In this document: piece by piece, positions 11,810 to 23,680 of the stretch
Layout: every line of letters starts with the position of its first letter
Position numbering within the stretch: position 1 is the first letter of the stretch
Assembly: GCF_001194135.2 (NCBI RefSeq)
Contig: NC_068988.1
Span: 73,322,362-73,386,361 of the forward strand
Origin: Octopus bimaculoides
Taxonomy: Eukaryota
Direction of reading: 5' to 3'
DNA: 64,000 bases
The notes under the pieces: model-generated
Seen by the model: only the letters and a program-made list of their open reading frames with translations
Told to the model about the DNA's origin: nothing
Databases searched by the model: none
Translations under genes and position numbers: made by a program

Positions 11810-12740
11810 TTATACAGGCCAGAAAGAATTGGTCATATCAATGAACTACCAACGCAAAATCATAGACACATGTGACATAATAATTCAACTTCTTGTTCCA
11901 ATCCTGTACAACACTCTCGATCAAATAAACCTAACAACAGGTATAGGAATCAGGATGTCCTCCGGTTCAGCCCAAGTTTCGGTTTGTATGTTTCAACCAA
12001 GATTGCTGGAAAATATTTTGCTGCTTTGGACAGGTGTTTTCCTAAATCTAATTGGTATCATGCTATTTTTAATCAACACACCATGAAGGTATCCTATGCC
12101 AGCTCTGCTAATTTAGAGCAGCTTATGCATCGCATAAACAATAGCAAAATGGAGCAAAGGTTCAATAACTCACGTACTGGATCTAGTGAACATTTGCATC
12201 TAAATACCAACCAAGAAGATGTAAACCGCATTGATAAACACCAACTATGACCAATTTGTAGTAGCAGAAATACTCATGGTACAGCTAGCACAGTAACAAC
12301 ACCAGTTAATGGAGTCAGGACTACCTTATATACAAATAAATACGATAAATGCTCATGCATTAATATGTCCTTTGATGAATCTCTGTATGAGTACAAATCT
12401 TGTATATAAATGTACCATGCACACAAGGGGAGGGCCCTATGTTTACATTGGGCAGATGGCTGACTCATTTAAGAATCGTTATCATAACCATGTTGCCAGC
12501 TTTAAGACAATCAATAAGAGACATTCAACATCTTTGGCAGATTTTGTATGGTGACTGAAGGAGGATAAAACAAAGTACAGCATTAATTGGTCCATAGTAA
12601 GGTATGCAAAACCATACAATATAATTTCCATGCGTTGCCATCTCCACTCTGAGGAATCCCTGTCTATTCTGTAGACTAATAAGAAGATAATTAATAGAAT
12701 GTCTGAATGACTCACGAGAAGACTACATGCATATAGATGT
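11810..12740 (+). mobile_element. Penelope-like element 3' fragment with GIY-YIG endonuclease
   Basis: Reads AGKYFAALDRCFPKSNWYHAIFNQHTMKVSYAS, then CPLMNLCMSTNLVYKC...VYIGQMADSFKNRYHNHVASFKTINKRHSTSLADFVW*LKEDKTKYSINWSIV, a PLE GIY-YIG signature; several stops and frameshifts. Confidence 0.85.
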
Positions 12741-12864
12741 ACTTTTGCACAATGCAGTGAGAATGAATTATGAGTAACTGTTAAATTAATTCAATTTAAT
12801 TAAAAAGGTATGGATGACTTAAGTTTACTTTGAACCTCCCCATTCTCATAAGCACCAAGTAACT

Positions 12865-13152
12865 AACTTGCTTTGTGATCATGAGTGCACCAAACCTTAC
12901 ATGTGTGTATGCTCAAATCTTTGTGGATGCTTGTATGAGTGAGTTTACTCACTCCTTGCACTTCCCTGAGGGCCTTTCTACATCCATATCTGTTAATGGT
13001 TATTTTAGAAACTTTTTGCACGGAAACAGTGTAAGAGATAAGAGATTTCTCCGGGCTCACATTAGGGAAGAAGTTGAAAATTTGAATGAAATCTGTTGGG
13101 TTGTTCTCAACTTTTTGTGATGCACACATACAGATAGAGCAACAAACACATG
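12865..13152 (-). mobile_element. Non-autonomous Helitron-like element
   Basis: Reverse complement begins ATCTATATATATAAAACTGAG (Helitron-type 5' TC), has CAGATTTCATTCAAATTTT, and ends ...GCAAGTTAGT (degenerate CTAG-like); no TSD. Confidence 0.55.
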
Positions 13153-13619
13153 CTCAGTTTTATATATATAGATGAATATATTCCTGTAACATGCATTGTT
13201 ACTACTAAAGACATAAGAAATGAGAAACTAGTGTGGTTTTCTGTTGCTTTTATCATCCTTATAAGTGGATGTGAATTCAGCACCACAAATTAACAAGAGT
13301 GTGACATTTGCAATGAAAGTGAAGTGAAATAATTTCAATCAAGAATTGAAATAACATTCTGTCAGGAGGAGTTTACATCTTGCCTTATGTTTCTCATCAC
13401 ATGCTTTCACTTATAAGCAAGGATTCTTTTTATCACTGGTTCATTTTTAGCTTTTTGCTGGTACTTATTTTATTGATTTCTGAAGAATGAAAAGAAAAAA
13501 ACAATGTCAGGATTGAATCATAATGTTCTTGTCACTAATATTAACAAATATGCAAACCAAAAGTATGCAAGTTGTTTTATGTTGTTAAACATAAACTATG
13601 GATTTAGTGTATTACAAGA

Positions 13620-15690
13620 TAACCTACTGATGGTGACAAACTGAATCTGTACCAGGAGCAAAGCTTCAACCAGACCAAAGGTGACATGGTGGTGGAAAAG
13701 TGAGGTTGACAAGGTCATAGAAGAGAGGAGATATGTTTGTAAATAATGAAAAAATGGAGGTGGCAAAGAACTATATGGGGTAGCTAAAAGGCAAGCTAGG
13801 TGACCAGAAAGGAAAAGATTTGCTGATGTCTCACAGCATGAGGATCAGAGATGTAAGGTGTTCCAGTTTGCTTAGACAGTGTATCAAAGTGAATCGAGAT
13901 GTTGTGGATGAGAAGTGTGTACAGATGGATAATGGTATGCTTGCACTTAGTGATTCTGAAAAGAAAGAAGTCTGGAAGTGTTACTATGAAAGGCTGCTAA
14001 ATGTGGAGAATGCATGAGTGAAAGGGAGTCTTCCCAATGTGAAACCAACAGAGGGACCAGATATCCTAGTTGACAGCAGTATGATAGATAAGGCAATTAA
14101 AAATATGGAGACAAGGAAAGCCTCTTGTCCATTGCGAATTACCACAATGATGTTTAAGATATCTAATGGATAGGGATAGAGTAGTCACTGAGTAATTAAA
14201 CAAGTTATTCAAGAATGTGTCATCATCAATGACTGGCATAGTAGCATTATAGTCAGCTGTTACAAGGGTAAAGGAGATGCCTTAGATAGAGGTAATTACA
14301 GTAGTATCATATTTCTGAACTAGGTCATGAAAATTACTGGAAGAATTATAGCCAAATTAATTAGAAACAGAATTAGATTAGATGAAATGCAGTTTGTTTT
14401 TATCCTGGGCACAAGTAATACTGATTACTATTTTCTTAATCAGACAACTGCAAGAGAAATATTTAGCTAAGAGTAAATCTTTATACATGGCATTTGTAAA
14501 AGCAAGAGAAAACCTTTGATAAAGTCCCTTGCTCTGTGATATGGTGGTCACTGAGGAAGCTGAGGGTAGACAAATGGCTTGTGAAAACTGTACAGGCCAT
14601 GTACAGGGGTGCTGTCAGTGAGGTGAGAGTTAGCCATGAGTACAGTGATGAATTTAGTGTACAAGTAGGAGTTCACCAGGGCTCACTTCTCAGTCCCATC
14701 CTATTCATCTTTGTCCTTCAGACCATAACTGAGGAATTCAAGATTAGCTGCCCCTCGGGACTACTATATTCTGATGATCTTGTTCTCATAGTGGAATCTG
14801 TAACTGACTTATAAATTCCATGTGTAGAAGCAGTTAACTGAAGCAGTAGACTGAAGTTCTAGTAAGCAGAAAAATAGATGGGATGCTACCCTCTTCAGGT
14901 AAATGGCCCTGCTCAATATATAAGAAAGGTTTAAGCAGAAATTCCATGTGGTGTACTCAGTGCAAACTATGGACACAAAAGAGGTGCAGTGGAATTGCAG
15001 GAAGGTTAATAGAGAAAGTACTTTTTGTATGTGGAAGATAAACAGGTGCCATGAAGTCCAAGGTCAAATAAAAGTTGATTTTCTCAAATGCCTTGGAGGC
15101 TCCCTAGAAGAAATAGATAATTTCTGTTACCTAGATGACCTAACTAGCAGTGGAGGAGGATGTTATGAAAGTGTAGTTGCAAGAATAAGACTAGGACAGA
15201 ATAAGTTCAGAGAGCTATTACGTATGTTGGCAACAAAAGTTCTCTCATTCCAAGTGAAAGGCAGATTGTATGATGCTTGTGTATACACAGCAATGCTGCA
15301 TTGTAGTGAGACATGGGCCCTGAATGTAAAGAACATGCAAAGACCAGAGAGGAATGAAGCCTGTGCACTCTGCTGGATGTGCAATGCTATTGTGCATGTA
15401 TGACAAAGTGCAAATGTATTGAGATATAGGTGAGGTATAAGGGGAATTAGGTGTACTGTGCAAGAGAGAGGACTACATTGGTTTGGTCATGTGATGTGTA
15501 TGGATGGGGGAAGTTGCATAAAGAAGTGTTGATTGGTTGAAATGGATGGAACTTATGAAAGAAGAAGACTCAAGAAGCCACAGGATAATGTATTGAAGGT
15601 TGATTATATAAGGCTGAACATTATCGAGGAGATGACAAAGGCCTGCAATGATTGACATTTTACTGTGCTCAAGAAGACCCCCCCCCCCAC
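13620..15690 (+). mobile_element. RTE-clade LINE, 5'-truncated, degenerate RT
   Basis: VGVHQGSLLSPILFIFVL, LLYSDDLVLI, FCYLDDLTSSGGG, YDACVYTAMLHCSETW; multiple stops. Confidence 0.9.
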
Positions 15691-15732
15691 ATTACAATGC
15701 AGATGATATTGTATGATATTAGTCTGCTTGTA

Positions 15733-15912
15733 TGAGGGGGTGCTGAAAAGTTCGTGGCTTTGGATAAAATAAAGTACAGGAGGATCAGTTAATTATGATT
15801 TTATTCAACATATTTCCCTCTCAGATTCACACACTTATTGCAGCAATCCTTCAGTTTTTCTAGCCCTGTAAAAGACTAGGTTTTTCGCCAGAAGCTTTTC
15901 AGCACCCCTTCA
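15733..15912. mobile_element. mariner-type MITE (about 180 bp)
   Basis: TA|TGAGGGGGTGCTGAAAAG ... CTTTTCAGCACCCCTTCA|TA: about 20-bp TIRs with TA duplication. Confidence 0.8.
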
Positions 15913-15939
15913 TACGAGTGTGGGGCCCTATAACCTTCT

Positions 15940-16920
15940 TCTTTCCCCTCTCTCTAAGACATCAAGCATTACCCCACATTTTCATCCCTCCTCTATCTAC
16001 TATAGTCACCTAGGAGCAAAACTAGCACGTATTACATGGTCACCACACTCTGGAACTACTTCTATTCCTCATCTTCCCAAACCACATTATTTCTATCAAT
16101 CATCTCTTTTCTGTGCCTTCAGCCATTGCTATTTCTCTCCTCTTCTATACTCCATTCTAAACAACTCTTATCTTCTATCATCCTCAATAACCACCCATGT
16201 CTACCATCATGACCCACCTACTATAGCCCCTTGTGTACTCCTATATCTCCCACTCCGCTGCTCCTACACCTTGCACATCATCCCACTGCTTTTGTTCTAT
16301 TCTGTTCCTGGAGAGCCACTTCCATATCTCTCACCTTACCCCTCTACATACAGGTATTTCCCTCCTGCCCTTATTCATCACTCACTACATTAATCTCTAC
16401 TTCCACCTATTTATTCCTCCTTCACACTCTTATGAAAGTATCTACCTTTTCCTCCTCTCCAATGACCCAGTGTCCATATTCTCTCTTATGCTCACCTTGT
16501 ACCTTGAGGGTTTACATCCCATCATTACTTTCCTCTTATCTCCTTTAGGCATGTATCTTCTTTCTAGCAAGACACTTGTGCTTGTCCCTCTATCATACTT
16601 TAGCCTTTCAACATCTGGCATAAATCCACCCACTTCCACCTTCCTTCTCAAATACTTCCTCTTAATAGTGGGAACTTCCCTTTCCTTTTTCCCTGTTCTT
16701 TTCTGTTTTGTGCCTTAGATGGCAAACTGACTAGTGTTAGAAGCATGAAAAAAGTACCTAGTACACTGTGTAAAGTCATTGGCACTAGGAAGGACATCAA
16801 GCCATAGAAACTATGCCAAAGAGAACTTTGGAGCTCAACATGGCCTTGCAGATTGTCAGTTTTCATCAAACTATCCATTCCTTGCCAGCATGGAAAGCAG
16901 ATGTTAAATGATGATAATGA
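15940..16920 (+). repeat. Pyrimidine-rich repeat ending in RTE-type 3' tail
   Basis: C/T-rich body related to 22140-22890, 56400-57000 and 58800-59690; ends GCCAGCATGGAAAGCAGATGTTAAATGATGA. Confidence 0.6.
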
Positions 16921-17134
16921 TGATTTAATTTTGTAAAAAAAAACTCTGTATAGTAGTGTCATAAAATCAGTTGACTTAATAGGGTTAAATTTATAATATT
17001 GTCATTGAGAAGATCGACCAAAAGAATAATGGCTTATTCCTTTATTAATGAAACTAAATATACTGAAAGTATTTATAACTGTATTAAAATGGCACCATTG
17101 ATGGCCTATAAATAGCAACAGTGAAACAGTGAGT

Positions 17135-17227
17135 GCTATAGTGCAGAAGCTAGTGAAGGCTATAGTGCAAGAAGCTAGTGAAGGCGATAGTGCAAGAAGC
17201 TAGTGAAGGCTATAGTGCAAAAAGCTA
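17135..17227. repeat. 25-bp tandem repeat x about 3.7
   Basis: Unit GCTATAGTGCAAGAAGCTAGTGAAG. Confidence 0.95.
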
Positions 17228-17986
17228 ATTTATTTCACCAATGTCCTCAGAAAGCATCAACATCAATATCCCAGTTTCCTCCTGCATACTTATGTTGCCT
17301 TATACTAACACATAACCAAACTAATAAAATCCTAACAGTCCACTGCTATTCATTGTTTTTATCTATTTGTTTGTTTGCTTATTACTTTTGGAAAGAGAAA
17401 AATATGACAAAGCAAAATTACTTCCTATCTCAGCTATATCTGTCCTTCACTTATAACATGCAAGAAAGTGTAATTCAAACTTGTGCCTCAAGGAATCTGA
17501 ACAAAATTTGAACATTATTTTAGTATTAAGGAAAAAAATCCTTAATTACCAACATACCATCTGTTTATAGTATTGAAATGGTTATTATTTTGTTCAAAGG
17601 GTTTAGAATTGCTCCCCTGCATTATTTATCTTTGAATAGAAATAGTCTGTTCAATCGATTCATAACAAATATCATGGTGAATTAATGCTCTGACTTGATT
17701 AAAACAATACTGGCAATAACAAAATGGTTTATGTAAGATAATACATATTCTAATTACATAGGTCTTATCATGATTACATTGCATGTTAAAGCCATCATAC
17801 AAGGCTTTATTCCTCTGTAATCAAGTTTTTTTTTTTAATAATCATATTTTGTGAAAATTTGAATAGTTGTAGGAAGATGTGAAATCGCTTTAGACTTTGA
17901 AATAAGGTGAGAGTTTTTTTTTATGAGGAAACTAGCTATTTATCTGCATTTAGAAATCTTGTCAACTATAGAAAAATGAAAGAGCA

Positions 17987-18871
17987 TGTAGTGAAACCAC
18001 CTCTCTCGGGTATATATTTACAAATGCGAACATAGCGGGTAACATCTAGCCTTCGGCCTACCTTGGACCCTGCTGTGTCCATCACCCTGATTGGCTCTTA
18101 TTTGCGTGGCATTTGTCTCCAGTTCTGTTTCGCACCAGGGTGAACATCAACCAATCGTGGCCTTCTGATAAGGTCACGTGAGAGAGTGGTTTTCTGCTGT
18201 TTCTGGAGCCCCTTTTGCTCCATAAATAAGCCTGTTTTATCCACACCAGTTTGTTTCGGCTTTAGACCTCTCTGAGGTCTGGTCGTTTGACCACACACTA
18301 ACCAGCTAGTTTCCAGTGACGACGTCAACACCACCGTTCTACTGTCTAGTACAGTCTCGTCGCCAGTGCCAACACGACGCCACTAGTACACACTACCAAC
18401 GACAACTGCGGTTCCATCTCAACACTATTTGTGTGGATTGTTTCCACCACGAAAGAACAGCCAGAACAACCTGCGAGAATCTTCTGTACCAAGTAACTGG
18501 TCACAGCATCGAAGCCTCAACTTCACTCACGACATGTGACACTTCAGCTCTGCTATTCGGCCACAATATCTTATGTACAAACATTCTATCTACTATGAAC
18601 TGGTATTTCCCTATCTTTGTGTTCAGGACGCTTATTCTCTATGTTATGGACTCTTATTCCATGCTCTGTATTTCTCATTCACTCACTCACACATATTATG
18701 TATACACACTCTTGTACACGAAGGCCTGTCTTATATATTGTGTCATTATTTATATTGCCGTATGCACGCACACACAGACACACAGTTTACTACACTAATA
18801 AACTTAATCTATATATATCTTTAATGGTTGTGTCTCTCTCTTTCCTTGCTGGCATTTCCTCGCATCTCACA
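17987..18871 (+). mobile_element. LTR-like, CpG-rich insertion (possible solo LTR)
   Basis: Begins TGTAGTG, much higher GC/CpG than flanks, contains ATTGG/CCAAT, CATAAATA and AATAAA, candidate end ...CTCACA; no TSD found. Confidence 0.4.
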
Positions 18872-20789
18872 TGCGAGTACTCTTATGTTAAATTTTATGT
18901 TTTGTGTCAACCGTGCGATGCGTTAAAAGGAGCCTCTTCCATTCGTCACCATTCTCCTTTGCATATTAAAACTATTATCTATGAAGAACAAATTTTCTCA
19001 GAACATTGTGATTAATGCATTTTTAGAACTATGAAGGATGATTTCTATGCAGCAATAACATGTTTCAGTGTAGTTTCTCAAGTATTTAGTTCTGAAAATC
19101 CATTTTCTAAGATTCTATGTCTCAGCATCAATGAATGCAAACTCCTTTTTCTCCAAGTACATTAATCTTTCCTCTTTAGGCGAACGGCAACAAAACTTTT
19201 GATAAAGTATTTCACTACAAAATTCATCGCTTTAATATGTCTGATTTCCCAATTCCATTGTAGTGTGGTCTTATCTAAGTAATTCTAGCCATATTTTCTA
19301 CAGTTCATGAACTTTTCCCATTTTTCCCAAAGGAAAGTGGCTGGCAAGCTTGAATTATTTTGTAACAACTTCATATTTTAAATTCAGAACCACTCAGTAG
19401 TCTTTGTTCTTCATTTTAACAAGTAACAGTAATGTTTTGGGTTGACTCAATTACATGTTTCTCTTATAAATATGTAGCCTTGCATTTAATGTAAGAAAAT
19501 TGTTGCTTGATACAAAATTTTACATTCCAAACTTTAGAAGAGTGAATCCATTCAACTCATTATATTTTTTTATATGATTTTAGGGTCATTGTAAATAATT
19601 AATATATGAAAATATGTTTATTTTATTTTTAAAATGTCTATGATACATTAATTTTCTATTTTGCAGCCCATCATCTTTTTTATATATATATAATGACTTG
19701 CAAGACAATTGCAAAATTTGGATAAGCATATTTTGTTTCAAGACTCAATATATAGTAAACACTAGTTCACTGATGTTAAAAACTATAATTTTAGGAAACC
19801 ATACGTATCATAACAATCACAAGTTATTACAATAGTCAAAGGAATATTTTGAAAATGGTATGGGTGAAACACTACTTGGATTTTACAGTGCACTTGGTGT
19901 TGTAATTAATTATACAATATTTAACAAGCAGGGCTCTTAATTCTTTTGCTCTTATTGAGATTGGTTTGAATATTCTTCAGTACTTCACTAAATAATCAAA
20001 CTGCCATTCATATAGCACAGATATGTCCCTCTCATGAACAGTGTTCTTTTCATAAACATCAGCAGTTTAATAAGAATCAAGCAACCTAATTTTCTCCCTT
20101 CTCAAATGATTCAACATAACATTGCTACCATTTTATAAAATTCTATTACGAAGAAACAGATATAGTTATTATGTGGATTAGCTTCTAATCCTAACACGTC
20201 CTCTTCTAAAGTGTTGTAGAATCCAACTCAAACAGTTCTAGTTTTTCTGTTTCTTTAGTCAATAAAAGCTTTTGTCATTACAATATCTTGTGGTGCATTT
20301 TCCATATTTCTATATCATTCTAATCAAATGCCATCTATGTTCAATTGTTAATTATTTCTAAGAAGTAGAAATAACAATTGTATGTGTGTGTACCCTTGTA
20401 TAGGTGTGTGTTTTCATTTGTTTCACTCTTTTGGAGATTTCCATTAGTGTTCATTGAAAATTGTGAACACTAGCATGTCTTTTGGAACTACTTAGACCAG
20501 AAGAACCAAATATTCTTTTAGACTATTGAGTAGGGCTGTGCATCAAAATCAAGAAAATGTTCAGTGAAGAATTCAACTTGTCAAAGATGCGTTCCATTAA
20601 AATTTTAACATATACACACTGAGCTGGGAATTCTTCTTTCTAATGATAAGTAACATTTAATATCAGAAGCAATAAAATTAATTCTACTGTAAAATTCTGT
20701 TTTTAGTATTATAAGATCTCACAACAAGAAACAAGTCATTGTATTATTCTGCCTATTTCTTACACATTTAGAATGGTATGAAATATGAG

Positions 20790-22060
20790 AAATGTGTGGA
20801 AATGGATAATGGTATACTCGCACGTAATGATTCTGAGAAGAAAGAGGCATGGAAGTGCTACTATGAAAGTTTACCAACTCTGGAGAATGCGTGGAAGGAG
20901 AGTCAGGTGGTCTCTAAAGTTAGGAGATGACAAATGGCTTAGAGCTGTACAACCTATGTATAGGCATGTTATCTGTAAGGAGAGAGTCAACCATGAGTAC
21001 AGCAATGAATTTAGTGTAGAAGTAGGAGTTTACCAGGGCCTGGTTCCTGATCCCCTCTGTGCATCATAGTCCTCCAGGCCATAACAGAGAATATTAAGAT
21101 TGGCTGCCCATGGTAACTACTATATGCTGATGACCTTGCTCTTACAGCAGAATCTGTTACAGAATTGGAAAAGAAATTTCAGCTATGGAAGAAAAATCTG
21201 GAATCAAAGAGCTTTAAAGTTAACCTAGTGAAGACCAAAGTCCTAAGCAAAAAGTGGATAAAACTCCCTTTCCATCAGGGAAATGGTCCTACTCAATATG
21301 AAGGAAAGGTGTTGTAAGGAATTCCATTTGATGCAATCATTGCAAGCTATGGACACATAAGTGGTGCAACAGAATCACAGGTAGGTTAACAAAGAAAGGA
21401 GTCTTTGTATGTGGCAGATGCATAGGAACAATAAACACGAAGAACATACAAGAATTAGATTTTCTCAAATACCCATGAGGGTCTGTAGAGATTGTAGATA
21501 GTTTCTGTTACCTAGGTGACCAACTTAGTAGAGGAGGAGGTAGTGCTGAAAGTATAGTTGCTCGAATAAGAATAGGATGCAGAAAATTCAGAGAGCTATT
21601 ACCTGTGTTGGTAACAAAAGGCTTCTCTCAGAGAGAAAGGCAGATTGTATGATGCTTATGTACAAACAACTATGCTCTGTAGTAGTCAGACATGGTCCCT
21701 GAATGTGAAAACTGAATAGGAATGAGGCTATTATGCTTCAAAGGATGGGCAACATCAGTGTGCATGTGCAAGAGAGTGCAAATATGTTGAGGGAAAAGTT
21801 AGGCATAGGATGAATCAGATGTAGCATGCAAAAGAGAAGACTATGATGGTTTAGTCACATGATATGTATGAATGAAGACAACTGAGTCAAGAAGTACCCA
21901 TCACTCAAAGTAAAAGAACTTGTGAAAGAGGGAGGCCCAAGATGATACAGGAAGAAGTAGTGAGAGCTGATTTCAAGGTGTTGAGTCTCATGGAGGAGAT
22001 GGCTATGGACATAAATGTCTGGTGATGAGAGGTTCTTGAGAAGACCTGCCCACCACAGTG
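20790..22060 (+). mobile_element. RTE-clade LINE, degenerate RT and C-terminus
   Basis: VEVGVYQG, LLYADDLALTA, DSFCYLGDQLSRGGG, YDAYVQTTMLCSSQTW; ends in GAGGTTCTTGAGAAGACC. Confidence 0.9.
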
Positions 22061-22139
22061 ACACTGAGTTCTGAAATCATTGAATATGAGTTCTGAAGGC
22101 ATTTGTATAATGTGTATTCCAACTATGCATTACATTAAT

Positions 22140-22319
22140 ACACCCTTCACCCAATGAACCAGACTACATCTCATGCACTATGCTTGTCTCTTCCAACCCT
22201 CTTTCTCCTGCAGCCCAACACTGCATTGTCATCTCTTTCTCTCCTGGCCTTCCCCTGCCAACTGTATCACTGCTATCCTGTCACTCCCTTATATACCCAT
22301 GTTCACCTCTCACTGCATT

Positions 22320-22360
<41 letters not shown>

Positions 22361-22478
22361 ATTCTCCTTTTGTAATTTTGTGATCTCTCTGTTCACTCAC
22401 CCTGTTCAGTCCTCTGTATCACACCAGTTACATTTATCCCCTTGTACCTTGAGAGTGTGTTCTTGCACATCTTTACCA

Positions 22479-22532
<54 letters not shown>

Positions 22533-22890
22533 CGTGCCAACTGAGGTAGCCATGTATCCCTTCAACAGCAAGACAACTGTTTCTGTCCATCTATCACAGT
22601 TTAACATCTCATTACCTGGCACAAAGCTTCCTCCCTCAATACCAGCTTCTCTCAGTCAAGGGGTCTTTGTTTTGCAAGTACTAGGTAACTTCATTGGTGC
22701 TTTATAAAAAGCATGCAGTACACTCTGTAAAATAACTGGCAATAGGAAGGGCATCTATCCATAAAAACCATGCCAAAGCTGACAGTAGAGTTTGGTGCAG
22801 TCTTCTGGGTTACTAGCCACTGTCAAAGGTCAAACCCATGTCAGCATGGAAAATAGACATCAAATGATGATGATGATGATGATGACGAAA
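22140..22890 (+). repeat. RTE-associated pyrimidine-rich 3' region with (CT)n and (GAT)n tail
   Basis: Same module order as 56400-57000; ends CAGCATGGAAAATAGACATCAAA(TGA)n. Confidence 0.65.
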
Positions 22891-23059
22891 CCAACATGTT
22901 AACAATAATCTTTTCCATATAAGCTGGGTAGACAGAATTTACAGAATGACAAATAATGTCATCTTGTATATGAGACAAATGAAGAAAGACATATCAAATA
23001 TGTTCCTAAATTATGAATGCTAATCAATTGTCATAACTGCAGTAAAATATTGGTTTCAC

Positions 23060-23265
23060 TTTTTGGCACAAGTCCATCAAGTTCAGGAAAGGGTAAATCA
23101 ATTATATTGCACCCAGTACTCATCTAGTACTTATTTTATCAACCCAGAAAGGGATGAAAGTCAAAGTTGACCTTGGCAGAATTGGAACCCAGAACGTAAA
23201 GATAGACAAAATGCCACAAAGCATTTTACCTGATTTGCTAACAATTCTGCCAGCTTGCTGCTTTA
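23060..23265 (-). mobile_element. SINE family B
   Basis: Homologous to 29722-29952. Confidence 0.8.
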
Positions 23266-23529
23266 CTGAAGTAAAATATTAATTTTCATATATAATTAGT
23301 CTTTTCCCAAACTTAGATACTCATAGGGATGATATTTAAGCAGTTTCCATAACATAAAGCAGATAAGATTAATTGCCTCTGAATAAGATGCAAATTTCAG
23401 TTTGGTGGCATTCTGCCCGTATTTATATACCAATAATGTATGAGATGCAATGTGGTTCATTGAGTGAAGGGTGAATTAATGAAATGTGTAGTACACGTAA
23501 TACATAGTGCTTTCAGAAAACAGTTTTTC

Positions 23530-23680
23530 TGAGATGGGCAGATCTTCTCAAGAACCTCATATCACCAGACATTTTTGTCCATTGTCATCTCCACCATCAG
23601 AATCAACATCTTGAAATCAACTCTCACCACTTATCTTATGTCATCTTGGATCTCCCTCTTCCACAAGTTCCATCCACTTG
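23530..23680 (-). mobile_element. RTE 3' fragment
   Basis: Reverse complement matches 21900-22060. Confidence 0.75.

Noticed and set aside
15920-16718. 105-161-aa Ser/Leu/Pro-rich ORFs (also 58826-59356)
   Set aside because: They arise from pyrimidine-skewed repeat sequence that is poor in stop codons; no domain motifs.
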